The position numbers and the translations under genes were made by a program. Source: an uncultured Bacteroidota bacterium (GTDB lineage: Bacteria > Bacteroidota > Bacteroidia > Bacteroidales > WCHB1-69). Taken from it: DNA of 64,000 nt. The notes under the pieces were generated by a model, which saw only the letters and a program-made list of their open reading frames with translations, did no database searches and was not told the origin of the DNA. The stretch lies in the NCBI GenBank assembly GCA_902796805.1, contig CADBQG010000018.1, forward strand, positions 164 to 64,163. Direction: 5' to 3'. Below are positions 27,186 to 36,583 of the stretch, one piece after another; the first letter of the stretch is position 1; each line of letters starts with the position of its first letter.

Positions 27186-29048
27186 ATGAAAAGAATCTTT
27201 TTCGCACTTGCACTTCTTCTCGCCACGCTTGGCAATGTTGCGGCCCAACAGTCGCAGGAGGAGCAGCTCGCCCTGCAATACTACAAGGAAAAGGAGTATG
27301 ACAAGGCTGTGGAGCTCTTCGAGAAAATTCATGCTAAAAAATCGAATTCCTACGTCTATTACTACTATTACCAGGCACTCCTCGAGCTCGAACGTTATGA
27401 TGCCGCCGAGAAGATGCTGAAAAAGCAAGTAAAAGCATATCCCAATGTGCAGCGTTACAAAGTTGACCTGGCTTACGTGTACGAGCGTTCAGGCGACAAC
27501 CAGAAGGCCGAGAAGAACTACCTCGAGTGCATCAAGAACCTGCAGGCCAAAGAGACTGCCGTGAGCGAACTGTGCAACGCGTTCATGGCGCGGGCCAAAT
27601 ACGACTATGCCGCCGAAACAATACTCAAAGGCCGGAAAATGCTCGACAACGAGCAATATATGTCCAAGAACCTCATCAACCTCTACAAGATAAGGCACAA
27701 CAACGACAAGATAATTGAAGAGATAATCTCCTTGGTTAAAACCGACAACGAAAAATACCAGCAGGAGGTGCAGACAGCCATACAGGACCTGCTCGTCGAC
27801 GACGAAGACAACTTCCAATACATGTCGATAAGAACTGCATTGCAGAAGTTTTCCCAGAAAAATCCATCCAATATTCTTTGTATAAAGCAGTTGTATTGGA
27901 TAAGCCAATTGCACAAAGACTATCCTGAAGCACTTGTCTTGGCAAAGGCACTCGACAAGAGGCTGAAGATGGAAGGCATCTACACATACGAGATTGCAGC
28001 CGTGGCAGCCGACAACCGGGACTATGAAACGGCCGTCGAGGCTCTGAACTACATTATCAAGAAAGGCGAGGACACGCACAACTATGTACAGGCCAAGATG
28101 AAGATCCTTGATGTAAAATACATGCAGCTCACAAGCACTTCGCCAGTGAAGATGGTCGATGCATTGAACCTCGAACAGGATTTCCGCAAGGCCATAGAGG
28201 AGAACGGCATACACAGCAGCACCATGGACTGGATCAGGAAATACGCCCATCTTTTGGCCTTTTACGTGAACAAGCCGCAGGACGCCATCGACATTCTTGA
28301 AAAAGCCATGGCCGCCACCCGCGATGTGAAAGAGAAAAACCAGTACAAGATCGACCTTGCAGATGTGCAGCTGTATACAGGGGAGATCTGGGACGCGTCG
28401 CTCAACTATTCGCAGGTGGAGAAAGACCTTCCGAACGACATTTTGGGCAGCGAGGCGAAATTCAAGAATGCCAAACTCTCTTTCTATATCGGTGAGTTCA
28501 ACTGGGCGAAGACCCAGCTTGACGTGCTTGCCGCTGCAACTTCCAAGCTTATAGCCAACGACGCAATATATTCTTCAATGCTCATCTCCGACAATCTTGA
28601 GGAGGGAGAAGATGAAGCCGACACCACAATGGCGCTCTTCCAGAATTCTGAAGGAAACCTGGCATTGAAAAAATATGCTCAGGCCGAATTCCTCATTTTC
28701 CAGAACAAGGACGACGAAGCCCTCAGGTGCCTTGACTCGGTGACGATTCTCTCGCCCTTCGGCTCGCTCGTTGACGACGCCCTGTACCAGAAAGCCCTCC
28801 TCTTGATTAAGCAAAAGAAGTTCCTCGAAGCCGAGAGCATCTTGAAGAAGATAGTGGAAAACTACGGCGACCAGTTGCTTGCAGACGACGCGGTCTTCAA
28901 GCTGGCGGAGCTTTACGAATATCATTTGAAAGACTTCTCGCAGGCAATGGACTATTATCAGAAAATACTCAAGGAGTACAGCGACAGTCTTTATGTTGTG
29001 CAGGCCAGAACCCGTTACCGTACCTTGCGGGGCGACAACGTGAACTGA
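27186..29048 (+). CDS. secreted tetratricopeptide-repeat protein
   Basis: 620 aa. Signal peptide MKRIFFALALLLATLGNVAAQ. Repeated TPR-like helices (ALQYYKEKEYDKAVELFEK, AMDYYQKILKEY). Confidence 0.85.
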   Translation: MKRIFFALALLLATLGNVAAQQSQEEQLALQYYKEKEYDKAVELFEKIHAKKSNSYVYYYYYQALLELERYDAAEKMLKKQVKAYPNVQRYKVDLAYVYERSGDNQKAEKNYLECIKNLQAKETAVSELCNAFMARAKYDYAAETILKGRKMLDNEQYMSKNLINLYKIRHNNDKIIEEIISLVKTDNEKYQQEVQTAIQDLLVDDEDNFQYMSIRTALQKFSQKNPSNILCIKQLYWISQLHKDYPEALVLAKALDKRLKMEGIYTYEIAAVAADNRDYETAVEALNYIIKKGEDTHNYVQAKMKILDVKYMQLTSTSPVKMVDALNLEQDFRKAIEENGIHSSTMDWIRKYAHLLAFYVNKPQDAIDILEKAMAATRDVKEKNQYKIDLADVQLYTGEIWDASLNYSQVEKDLPNDILGSEAKFKNAKLSFYIGEFNWAKTQLDVLAAATSKLIANDAIYSSMLISDNLEEGEDEADTTMALFQNSEGNLALKKYAQAEFLIFQNKDDEALRCLDSVTILSPFGSLVDDALYQKALLLIKQKKFLEAESILKKIVENYGDQLLADDAVFKLAELYEYHLKDFSQAMDYYQKILKEYSDSLYVVQARTRYRTLRGDNVN

Positions 29049-29054
29049 AAATCA

Positions 29055-29912
29055 TCATTTTATCTTCATCTTGTACATATCCAGCACATTCTGCATGAGC
29101 ATGGCGATGGTCATAGGACCCACGCCTCCCGGTACTGGGGTTGCGGCGCCGAGGCGTTGCTCAAGTTCCTCTTTTGTGGCTTCGCTGTAAACGTCGCCCT
29201 GAAGCTTCCCGTCAACGCGGTTGATGGCTACATCTATCAGAACAGCACCTTCCTTGAAATCCGAGGGTTTGAGCAGTCCGGGAGTGCCGGTGGCTGTTAT
29301 CACAATGTCGCCTAGACGTGCTATTTCGGCAAGGTTGCGCGTGTGGGAGTGGCAGAGTGTTACGGTCGCGTCGCTGTGTATGAGAAGCTGCGCGGTGGGC
29401 TCGCCCACAAGTTGGCTCCGCCCTATCACCACCACGTGCTGTCCGGCAACAGGTATCCCGTTGGTCTCGAGAAGCGTCATGATGCCCTTTGGCGTGCACG
29501 GCATCACATAAGGCTCTCCCAAATGCAACAGCCCCACATTCATCAAGTGCAGCCCGTCGGCGTCTTTCCTGTAGTCGATGAAGTCGAGTATCTTGGCCGA
29601 ATTGTAGTGGTCGGGGAGCGGAAGCTGTATCAAAATGGCATCCACATCATCATCTTTGTTGCATGAGTCAATCATGCCAAGAAGCTCTTCTTCTTCTGTT
29701 GTACAGGGCAGGATGTGTTGCTCACAGTCCATTCCCAGGTTTCTGCATGTCTTGGTTTTTGAATTCACGTATGACACACTGTCTTCGCGGTCGCCCACAA
29801 GGAAAATGTCAAGCCTCGGCGGGCGCCCGCCCGATGCCAGGATTGCGGCAACCTCGTCGGCGATGCCCTGTTTCACCATGTTGGCGCATGTTTTTCCGTC
29901 AATGATCTTCAT
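29055..29912 (-). CDS. folD: bifunctional methylenetetrahydrofolate dehydrogenase/cyclohydrolase
   Basis: 285 aa. Full-length FolD-like (VGDREDSVSYV, VVVIGRSQLVGEP, PVPGGVGPMTIAML). Confidence 0.95.
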   Translation of the reverse strand: MKIIDGKTCANMVKQGIADEVAAILASGGRPPRLDIFLVGDREDSVSYVNSKTKTCRNLGMDCEQHILPCTTEEEELLGMIDSCNKDDDVDAILIQLPLPDHYNSAKILDFIDYRKDADGLHLMNVGLLHLGEPYVMPCTPKGIMTLLETNGIPVAGQHVVVIGRSQLVGEPTAQLLIHSDATVTLCHSHTRNLAEIARLGDIVITATGTPGLLKPSDFKEGAVLIDVAINRVDGKLQGDVYSEATKEELEQRLGAATPVPGGVGPMTIAMLMQNVLDMYKMKIK

Positions 29913-29917
29913 AAGCC

Positions 29918-30307
29918 CTATCTGTATTTTATTTTTTCAGGAACTATGTATGCGCCGGGATACGACTCCTTGATTTTCAAGAGTTCCCGGTATGCGTCCA
30001 GCCTCGAATTGTAGTCGCCGATCTGCACCCTGAAGTATGGCTCGCTGTACACGACGTATGATTTAGTGTCGGGGAAAAGGCTTGTAAGAGCGGCCTTCAC
30101 ACTTTCGGCCTGCGATTTGGAATTGACGCCGGAAAAGGAGGCCACCTGTATTCTGTACCCGCTTATCTCGCCAATCTTTTTCCAGTTCGCGATATAGTCA
30201 GACTGTATTTGTGATACGGCAGGCTCAATGTCGTAACGGACGTTGCCCTGCGCAAAAGCGCCCGTACAGAAAGAAACCAGCAGGAGTATGAATATTGACT
30301 TGCGCAT
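29918..30307 (-). CDS. SPOR domain-containing protein
   Basis: Start set at MRKSIFILLLVSFCTGAFAQ (signal peptide). YRIQVASFSG..AESVKAAL..YFRVQIGDYNSRLDAYRELLKIK is a SPOR fold signature. The ORF-track extension to 30478 covers a terminator and a promoter. Confidence 0.85.
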   Translation of the reverse strand: MRKSIFILLLVSFCTGAFAQGNVRYDIEPAVSQIQSDYIANWKKIGEISGYRIQVASFSGVNSKSQAESVKAALTSLFPDTKSYVVYSEPYFRVQIGDYNSRLDAYRELLKIKESYPGAYIVPEKIKYR

Positions 30308-30342
30308 GATGTTTTCTGTTTTTGAAACGGCAATAAAACGCG

Positions 30343-30350
30343 CAAAAGTA
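30343..30350 (-). promoter_or_regulatory. -7 promoter box TACTTTTG (SPOR-folD)
   Basis: Exact TAnnTTTG 36 nt upstream of the ATG at 30307. Confidence 0.55.
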
Positions 30351-30410
30351 CACAAATTAAGAATATGCGCATTTCCAAAATAAATTTTGCGTAATTCGCC
30401 GAACAGCGGG

Positions 30411-30448
30411 TAGAAAAAAGTCATTGCCCGTCCGTGTGGCAATGACTT
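30411..30448 (-). terminator. intrinsic terminator of the LytTR gene
   Basis: Perfect 11-bp stem aagtcattgcc/ggcaatgactt (30418-30428/30438-30448) followed on the minus strand by a T-run. Confidence 0.8.
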
Positions 30449-30483
30449 CCAACGTTGCTTGATTTCCTCGAGCGACATTTTGG

Positions 30484-31266
30484 CTATTTGATGATGCTTT
30501 CTTTGAACTTCTTCCTGAAAGAACGAGAGATCTCAAAATCCTCGTCACCCTCAAGAAAAACCCTGTTTTTCACAATTCTCATCACCTTGTCGGCATTTAC
30601 GACTATCGAGCGATTTATTTTCACGAACTTTGAGGGAGGGAATCTCTTGCTGAACATTTTCAGGTTGCTTCTGTAATACCGCTTTGTTTTGTCGGTGAAA
30701 TTCACGCACACGTAGTTTCCAACTTTGCTCAAGAACATCACATCCTTGAAGAAAATGCGCGAGGACTCCTCATTGCGGGTTCCCATTATGAACAGCGATT
30801 CGGTCCGTCCCTGCTCGTCGCCGAACGTGTACTGCGCACCTTCTTCCCTGAAAAAACTGTCGGTTGCGCCGCCTCCGTTGTAGGCGTACAAAATGTTCAG
30901 GACTTTACCCATGATACCGTTCAGCTCTCCCTCTTCGTACGGGGAATAAAAAACCTCAAAAAAACCCATCTTCAGGAACTGTTTCACCTTTTTTGTGTAA
31001 ATAGTGTCGCAAAGACCGACAATGAAGGGCGGTTTTTTCACATCCTGTAGAACGCCGGTGTATGATATGTCCATGAACAGGAGTGTTGGCGACGAATGGT
31101 TGAGAATCTCGGTGGCACTCGCGGAATTGTTGCACACATTTGTTATGTTCAGAGTGCAATACTTTGATAATAAATCTTTTAACTTTAAAATTTTCTGACT
31201 GTCCTTGCTTAGAATCACTGTGTTGATTGAGTTCATTTTGTTGTATTGATTAAATATATTTCGCAT
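30484..31266 (-). CDS. LytTR-family DNA-binding regulator with degenerate receiver-like N-terminus
   Basis: 260 aa (alternative start M11 at 31236). C-terminal LytTR pattern RYYRSNLKMFSKRFPPSKFVKINRSIVVNADKV. The N-terminal part keeps LLFMDI but lacks the conserved receiver Lys. Confidence 0.8.
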   Translation of the reverse strand: MRNIFNQYNKMNSINTVILSKDSQKILKLKDLLSKYCTLNITNVCNNSASATEILNHSSPTLLFMDISYTGVLQDVKKPPFIVGLCDTIYTKKVKQFLKMGFFEVFYSPYEEGELNGIMGKVLNILYAYNGGGATDSFFREEGAQYTFGDEQGRTESLFIMGTRNEESSRIFFKDVMFLSKVGNYVCVNFTDKTKRYYRSNLKMFSKRFPPSKFVKINRSIVVNADKVMRIVKNRVFLEGDEDFEISRSFRKKFKESIIK

Positions 31267-31525
31267 TTTTCTTGGTAAAATTATTAAATAATGAATTTGT
31301 AAGAATGAAAATCATGAAAAAAGTGGCGAATAAAAGAAAATGAATGCAAAAAACGCACAAACAGTAATCTTTTATGCTCTAAACATAAAAAAACAGAAAA
31401 ATGCAATTAATACAGCAGAAATGGCAACAATTGATGATAAAATACCATTTTTGGGTGTGAAAATGCGCAAAACCCCTCTGAAAATGCACTTTGTTAACCA
31501 TAGCGGAGCCGGATAGTTGGTGCAA

Positions 31526-32737
31526 TTAACGGTTTGCGCCCCGCAACCTCATCTCCTCCATGAAAAGAGAGTCGCGTAGATGGTTGATTTCATCCACAGG
31601 TGATGTCTTGAAATTGAAATGATCACTTGTTAACTTCCGTCCGGGAAACCATAGTCTCAGGTTGTCGAGAAGCGAGGCTTCGTCGGAAAGGCCTTGCTCA
31701 CTGTGCCGCGCCCGCACGAACTGGAGTATTCTCAAGCCGTCGGCCTTTTGGTGAAATGCCTTTTCAAAGTGCTGGTAGTCTGTAACATTGCCGCGAATGC
31801 CCATCCAAACGCCAGTGTTCCTGCTTCTTTTCGCCACAAATTCCAGGAACATGTTTTTCTCCGCACCCGGCTCGTTGTCGTAGAGCCTTCGCAGGTTGCA
31901 GTATGCCTCGCCTATCGGGGCAAAGGCCGAATGATGATAAACGGGATAGCTTTCCCAACCGCCCGAAATCCCCATCCCGACTGCCGGTCCGGTGCCGAAA
32001 GGAACTCTGTTTGAAACGCGAGGGGAAGGGTACACGCAATCAGTGTTAAAAATGCTTAATCCTCCCATTTTCGCGATTTTCTGCAGGAGGTAGAAGTCCT
32101 CTCCGCTTTGGTAAGGTGTTATTCCCCCGATTTTGGAAAGCGCACAGGCCTTGACAGCTATTGCGGAACCGAGGGCGGTAAATGAGTAGGGACTTTTGAT
32201 TTTCAACAAGTTGATTAAGTAGTTGCGCATGTAGATTTCGTATCGCAATACAGCGCGTGCGTTCTCCTCGCTGCATCCATCAATTTTGTGGTAATAAGGA
32301 ACAGATATGGCATTTATATGCCTGTTGACCGTGAAATTGTCGTAAACAGATTGGAAATATGTCGGCTCAAGCAAGGTGTCGGCGTCAAGACTGATGATGA
32401 TATCATCACAGGAACACTTTCCTAAAATAGTATCCATCAATATTTTACGGGCAAATCCAACCCCAGACTTCTTGTTTTCCCAGCCTAAACCCGGAGAACA
32501 TTTGTCGATTATGTGCAGTGTTAATTTTTCATAATTATTCAGGAAATGCAGTGTCTTTGCATTGTTGTGGCAGACTTCCTTTTTGTCAGGGTTGTGCCAG
32601 TAGCTGTCGGGTTGGTTAACGCAGACAAAAACCTCGAACTTGGCGCTTGTGTGTTGCGCGGCTATTGAATCGAGGGTTTTGGGAAGAAAATCGTATTCAT
32701 CTAAGGCCGGAAGGGCAACAAACAGGGCGGGGGGCAT
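31526..32737 (-). CDS. glycosyltransferase family 2-like protein
   Basis: 403 aa. GT-A signature FVALPALDEYDFLPKTLDSIAAQ..FEVFVCVNQ and SLDADT. About 150 aa of extra C-terminal sequence. Confidence 0.8.
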   Translation of the reverse strand: MPPALFVALPALDEYDFLPKTLDSIAAQHTSAKFEVFVCVNQPDSYWHNPDKKEVCHNNAKTLHFLNNYEKLTLHIIDKCSPGLGWENKKSGVGFARKILMDTILGKCSCDDIIISLDADTLLEPTYFQSVYDNFTVNRHINAISVPYYHKIDGCSEENARAVLRYEIYMRNYLINLLKIKSPYSFTALGSAIAVKACALSKIGGITPYQSGEDFYLLQKIAKMGGLSIFNTDCVYPSPRVSNRVPFGTGPAVGMGISGGWESYPVYHHSAFAPIGEAYCNLRRLYDNEPGAEKNMFLEFVAKRSRNTGVWMGIRGNVTDYQHFEKAFHQKADGLRILQFVRARHSEQGLSDEASLLDNLRLWFPGRKLTSDHFNFKTSPVDEINHLRDSLFMEEMRLRGANR

Positions 32738-33114
32738 TATTTCACGGTTATCACAACCTCACGTACCCGCGCCGGCTCTTTGATGCTTTCCCTTGCATAT
32801 ACGAAACGCAACGTCTGTGTGCCTTTTCGCAAAGCCTTGAACTTCCAGAACCTCGTGCTCGAAGCGCCAACAACACCTTTCGGCGCGTTGCTCTCGTAAC
32901 GGCTTCCCACTGATTCCACTATGTCAACATCGTCTTCATTGACCCACTGCCACCAGAATCCTGTCGAGGCGTTGGTTATGAACTCGATTTCACAACTCTG
33001 GCCGTTCTTGAGAACAACTTCAGAGGCTTCCTTGCCAACAGGCACAACTTTTTTTTGCGCGGCACACCCGGAAAACAAAACCAATCCGATTGCAAGATAA
33101 AGTATCTTTTTCAT
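32737..33114 (-). CDS. lipoprotein, chagasin-family (I42) peptidase inhibitor-like
   Basis: 125 aa from MKKILYLAIGLVLFSGC. NASTGFWW (cf. the NPTTG(Y/F)xW chagasin motif), GVVGASS, RFVYAR. The stop overlaps the GT2 start (TAATG). Confidence 0.65.
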   Translation of the reverse strand: MKKILYLAIGLVLFSGCAAQKKVVPVGKEASEVVLKNGQSCEIEFITNASTGFWWQWVNEDDVDIVESVGSRYESNAPKGVVGASSTRFWKFKALRKGTQTLRFVYARESIKEPARVREVVITVK

Positions 33115-33157
33115 TTCCTTATATTGTTCATTATGAAATAACAAAAATAACGGACTG

Positions 33158-33165
33158 CAAATGTA
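33158..33165 (-). promoter_or_regulatory. -7 promoter box TACATTTG (inhibitor-GT2 operon)
   Basis: Exact TAnnTTTG 44 nt upstream of the ATG. A second match, TATTTTTG, lies at 33142-33149. Confidence 0.5.
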
Positions 33166-33234
33166 GAAAAAATATTCGATTTTTTGTTATTATCGCGTTT
33201 TGGTTTTAAAGGTCAAGAAATAAAATGCAGTATA

Positions 33235-33891
33235 ATGAAAAAGACACTTTTTTTCCTGTTTAATATCTTGTTTGTCAACATATTGCTTTATTCACAAGTG
33301 AATATTCAGAAAGGAGACCTGCTGTTTGTGGGAATTCCTGTTGATTATAGTATGGATGCGGATGACATGTCGTCTGCAATATCCGAATCCACAGGAAAGA
33401 AAGGTGAGGTCAACTATATCCATGTAGCGATATTGGATGTTGACGAAAACGACCGAATCTGGATCATCGACGCGACAGTAAAGCGAGGTGTCGACAGGCA
33501 TCCTCTCGACACTTTCCTCGCAGATTTCACGCTGAAAGACGGAAGTTTGCCGCTATTGGACGTAATGCGGCTGAAGAACGCAAAGAAAGTCTCCGAATAT
33601 GTTGAAAACACAAAGAAATACTTGGGGAAAGGCTATGATGTCTATTTCCTTCCTGACAACAATCTCTATTATTGCAGCGAGCTCGTCCGCGACACATACG
33701 TCAAGTCGGACGGAAAACATATTTTCAAGGCCAAACCGATGAATTTCAAGTCTGATGACGGCACATATCCGAAGTACTGGGTGCAGCTTTTCGGTTTGAT
33801 AGGGCAGGAGATACCGCAGGGTGTTCCCGGCACGAATCCGAACGCAATGTCAAAGGAAAAGTGCCTCAAGAGGGTAGGGGTTTTGAAATAG
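33235..33891 (+). CDS. YiiX/YaeF-type permuted papain-like (C92) cysteine hydrolase
   Basis: Start set at MKKTLFFLFNILFVNILLYSQ. GDLLFVG..IHVAIL..IIDA and catalytic-Cys context NNLYYCSELV. Confidence 0.75.
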   Translation: MKKTLFFLFNILFVNILLYSQVNIQKGDLLFVGIPVDYSMDADDMSSAISESTGKKGEVNYIHVAILDVDENDRIWIIDATVKRGVDRHPLDTFLADFTLKDGSLPLLDVMRLKNAKKVSEYVENTKKYLGKGYDVYFLPDNNLYYCSELVRDTYVKSDGKHIFKAKPMNFKSDDGTYPKYWVQLFGLIGQEIPQGVPGTNPNAMSKEKCLKRVGVLK

Positions 33892-34579
33892 CTGCCGCGA
33901 AGCATCCGTAAAGTCCCGCGGTTTCGGTGCGCAGTCGGCGGTCGCCGAGCTTCACTTCAACGTAGCCGGAATGCCGCGCCATGGCAACCTCCTCATCGCT
34001 GAAATCGCCTTCCGGCCCTACGAGCAGAATCATCTCATGATGGTGTCGCGGCATGTCGGTCAACTGACGTTGGTTGTTCTCGTCGCACCAGGCTATAAAC
34101 TTGTCGGCCAGGATGTTTTCGTTCTGCCGTATGAATTCCGCGAATTCCATCATCTTGAGCTCCGGCAGCCAGGTGGTTTGCGACTGTTTCAGGGCGGCGA
34201 CCGACAGGCGCTGCAGCCGCTCCATGTTGAGGCGGGTTCGCTCCGAATGGCGGCACTGAAGGAAAGTGATTGAGCATACGCCAATTTCGATGGACTTTTC
34301 CAACAGCCACTCCATGCGGTCGGCGTTCTTGGTGGGCGCCACGGCAAGTTGCAGGCCGTTGTGGGCGGGAATGCTGCCGGTGATTTCCTGGCGGATTTCC
34401 AGCAGGCATTTCTTCGGGTCAGCCATGGCCACTACAGCTTCAGCCAAGCGACCTCTGCCGTCGGTGACGCGCACAACATCGCCCTCGCGGTGCCGCATGA
34501 CACGCACGCAATGCTCCGATTCTTCTTTGCTTAACATCATAAATTCTCCTGATATGTCAATCGAATAAAAATAATGCAT
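33866..34579 (-). CDS. rsmE: 16S rRNA (uracil1498-N3)-methyltransferase
   Basis: 237 aa. MHYFYS..SKEESEHCVRVMRHREGDVVRVTDGRG (PUA-like) and C-terminal SPOUT knot LLVGPEGDFSDEE..LGDRRLRTETA. The 3' end overlaps the convergent YiiX gene by 26 nt. Confidence 0.92.
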   Translation of the reverse strand: MHYFYSIDISGEFMMLSKEESEHCVRVMRHREGDVVRVTDGRGRLAEAVVAMADPKKCLLEIRQEITGSIPAHNGLQLAVAPTKNADRMEWLLEKSIEIGVCSITFLQCRHSERTRLNMERLQRLSVAALKQSQTTWLPELKMMEFAEFIRQNENILADKFIAWCDENNQRQLTDMPRHHHEMILLVGPEGDFSDEEVAMARHSGYVEVKLGDRRLRTETAGLYGCFAAAISKPLPS

Positions 34580-34606
34580 ATTTCTACAGCCTTCTCTAAA
34601 ATCAAA

Positions 34607-34679
34607 AATCTAATCACCAATTCAACAACGGCGCGATTTATCGCGCCCCTACAATTCCCCAATCTAATTCCTAATTCAA
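34607..34679. repeat. GC hairpin repeat copy flanked by imperfect 19-bp direct repeats
   Basis: Hairpin ggcgcga-ttta-tcgcgcc at 34630-34647, followed by cctacaat. Flanks aatctaatcaccaattcaa (34607-34625) and aatctaattcctaattcaa (34661-34679) match at 16 of 19 positions. Confidence 0.85.
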
Positions 34680-36568
34680 TTCCCCTCTTTCTCCGACAGT
34701 TCCATCCATCGTGCGGTCTTGTCGTCTAACAGTTGGTTGAGTTCGTTGTAGCGTTTGCCCCATTCGGCGAAGTCCTCCGGCGAGCCCTTTCCCACAGCCA
34801 TTTTCTCTTCGAGGATTTTCTTCTCTATTTCCATGTTGGCTATGTCGGTTTCGAGTGTCTCCAATTCGCGTTTTTCCTTGTATGTCAGTTTGTTGGATTG
34901 TTGAGTGCGTTGTGTTTTTGCTGGTTCTGGGCGAGAAGCCTTTTCAATGCGCTTTCGTATGCGCTCGGCTTTTTCACGCTCCTGACGGTAGTCCTCGTAG
35001 TTGCCCCAGCAGTCGCTCACTTTCCCGTCGCCCTCGAAAACGAAAAGATGGTCCACCAACTTGTTCATCAGCCACCTGTCGTGCGACACGATGAGGAGGC
35101 ATCCGTCGAAATTGTACAAAAAATCTTCCAAAAGGTTCAGAGTGTCGATGTCGAAGTCGTTTGTGGGCTCGTCTAAAATGAGGAAATTAGGGTTTTTCAG
35201 CAGTGTTATAAGCAGATGGAGTTTGCGTTTCTCGCCGCCGCTGAGGTCGTCGTAGTAAGTGTATTGCAGACTGTAGGGAAAGCCGAAATGGTTGAGGAAG
35301 TTTGAGGCGCTCACGAAGTTGCCGTTGTCCATCCTTATAACTTCAGCGTGCTCCTTCACAAGATCCAGCACGATTTTATTGCCGGAGTAAGTCATGCCGT
35401 TTTGCGAGAAGTAGCCGAACTTTATGGTCTGGCCAGGAGTGATTTTCCCGCCGTCGGGGGTTATTTCCCCCATGATCATCTTCAGGAATGTGCTTTTCCC
35501 TGAGCCGTTCTTGCCTACAATGCCGCATTTCTCACCTCTCTTGAAGGTATATGAGAAATCCTTCACTATGGTTTGTCCTGGATAGGCGAAGTCGAGATGT
35601 GAGATTTCAAGTATTTTGTTGCCGATCCTTTCCGACTGCACCTTGAATGATTCCGGTGAGGCCTCGGTGCGCACGTTGACTTGTTCCTGGAGTTTCTCGA
35701 AGTTGTTGATCCGGGCCCTCGCTTTCGAGGTGCGCGCCTGCGGGGAGGTGTGCACCCATGCGAGCTCTTTCCTGTACAACTGCTTCAGCTTCTCATGCTC
35801 TGCGGCGGCGTTTGCTATCCGTTCCGCCTTCTTTTCCAAAAAATAGTCGTATTTGCCTCTGTAATGGAACAGACTGCCTTCCGAGAGTTCGAAGATGTCG
35901 TTGCACACCCGGTCGAGGAACGATCTGTCGTGTGTCACCATCAGCAGGGTTATGTTTGCCGACGACAGGTAGTTTTCGAGCCACTCCGTCATCTCTATGT
36001 CCAGATGGTTGGTGGGCTCGTCCAAAATCAGAAGGTCGGTGTCGGCTATCAGTGTCCTGGCGAGCGCCGCCTTCTTTCGCTGGCCGCCCGAAAGCTCTCC
36101 CACATTCTTGAACACGTCGTGTATGCCGAACTTTGAAAGAATCTCCTTGACCCTTGACTCGTAATCCCAGGCCTGTAGCCTGTCGAGTTCTGAGATGGCC
36201 CTCTCCATGCGCTCCTGCGAAACTTGTTCCGCCCCGTTGTTCTCGAGAAGGAACATACACGTCTCATACTCCTTTATGGCCTTCACAACCGGGGTTTCGG
36301 TGTCGAACAGGGAGTTGAGGACAGTGTCGTCTTCCTGAAAGTCGTCGCGTTGCGGAAGATACGATACCACGATGTCGTTGCGTATTATCACCTGTCCCTC
36401 GTCGGGGGAGTCGATGCCGGCGATGATGTTGAGAAGAGTGCTTTTTCCGGTGCCGTTGCGGGCTATGAGGGCGCTTTTCTGCCCTTTCTCGAGTCCGAAA
36501 GTTATCTGGTGGAAAAGTTCCTTTTCGCCTACCGATTTCGACAGTTTGTCAACGGTAAGATAGTTCAT
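34676..36568 (-). CDS. ABC-F family ATPase (Uup/EttA-like translation factor type)
   Basis: 630 aa. Two cassettes without TMs: GTGKSTLL / LSGGQRKKAALARTL / LLILDEPTNHLD and GSGKSTFL / LSGGEKRKLHLLITL / FLILDEPTNDFD. Charged coiled-coil C-terminus. Confidence 0.93.
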   Translation of the reverse strand: MNYLTVDKLSKSVGEKELFHQITFGLEKGQKSALIARNGTGKSTLLNIIAGIDSPDEGQVIIRNDIVVSYLPQRDDFQEDDTVLNSLFDTETPVVKAIKEYETCMFLLENNGAEQVSQERMERAISELDRLQAWDYESRVKEILSKFGIHDVFKNVGELSGGQRKKAALARTLIADTDLLILDEPTNHLDIEMTEWLENYLSSANITLLMVTHDRSFLDRVCNDIFELSEGSLFHYRGKYDYFLEKKAERIANAAAEHEKLKQLYRKELAWVHTSPQARTSKARARINNFEKLQEQVNVRTEASPESFKVQSERIGNKILEISHLDFAYPGQTIVKDFSYTFKRGEKCGIVGKNGSGKSTFLKMIMGEITPDGGKITPGQTIKFGYFSQNGMTYSGNKIVLDLVKEHAEVIRMDNGNFVSASNFLNHFGFPYSLQYTYYDDLSGGEKRKLHLLITLLKNPNFLILDEPTNDFDIDTLNLLEDFLYNFDGCLLIVSHDRWLMNKLVDHLFVFEGDGKVSDCWGNYEDYRQEREKAERIRKRIEKASRPEPAKTQRTQQSNKLTYKEKRELETLETDIANMEIEKKILEEKMAVGKGSPEDFAEWGKRYNELNQLLDDKTARWMELSEKEGN

Positions 36569-36583
36569 CAGGAAGATGATGTG

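Noticed and set aside
29918-30478. Longer N-terminal ORF-track versions of several genes (SPOR 30478, ABC ATPase 5295, rpiB 15972, M16 25452, ridA 36994, typA 39725, OMP 48456, I42 33144, YiiX 33184, lipoproteins 60195/60575, mntA 63126, hyd regulator 57789)
   Set aside because: In each case an internal Met gives a canonical N-terminus (signal peptide or conserved family start). The extension overlaps a promoter box, a terminator or the upstream gene.
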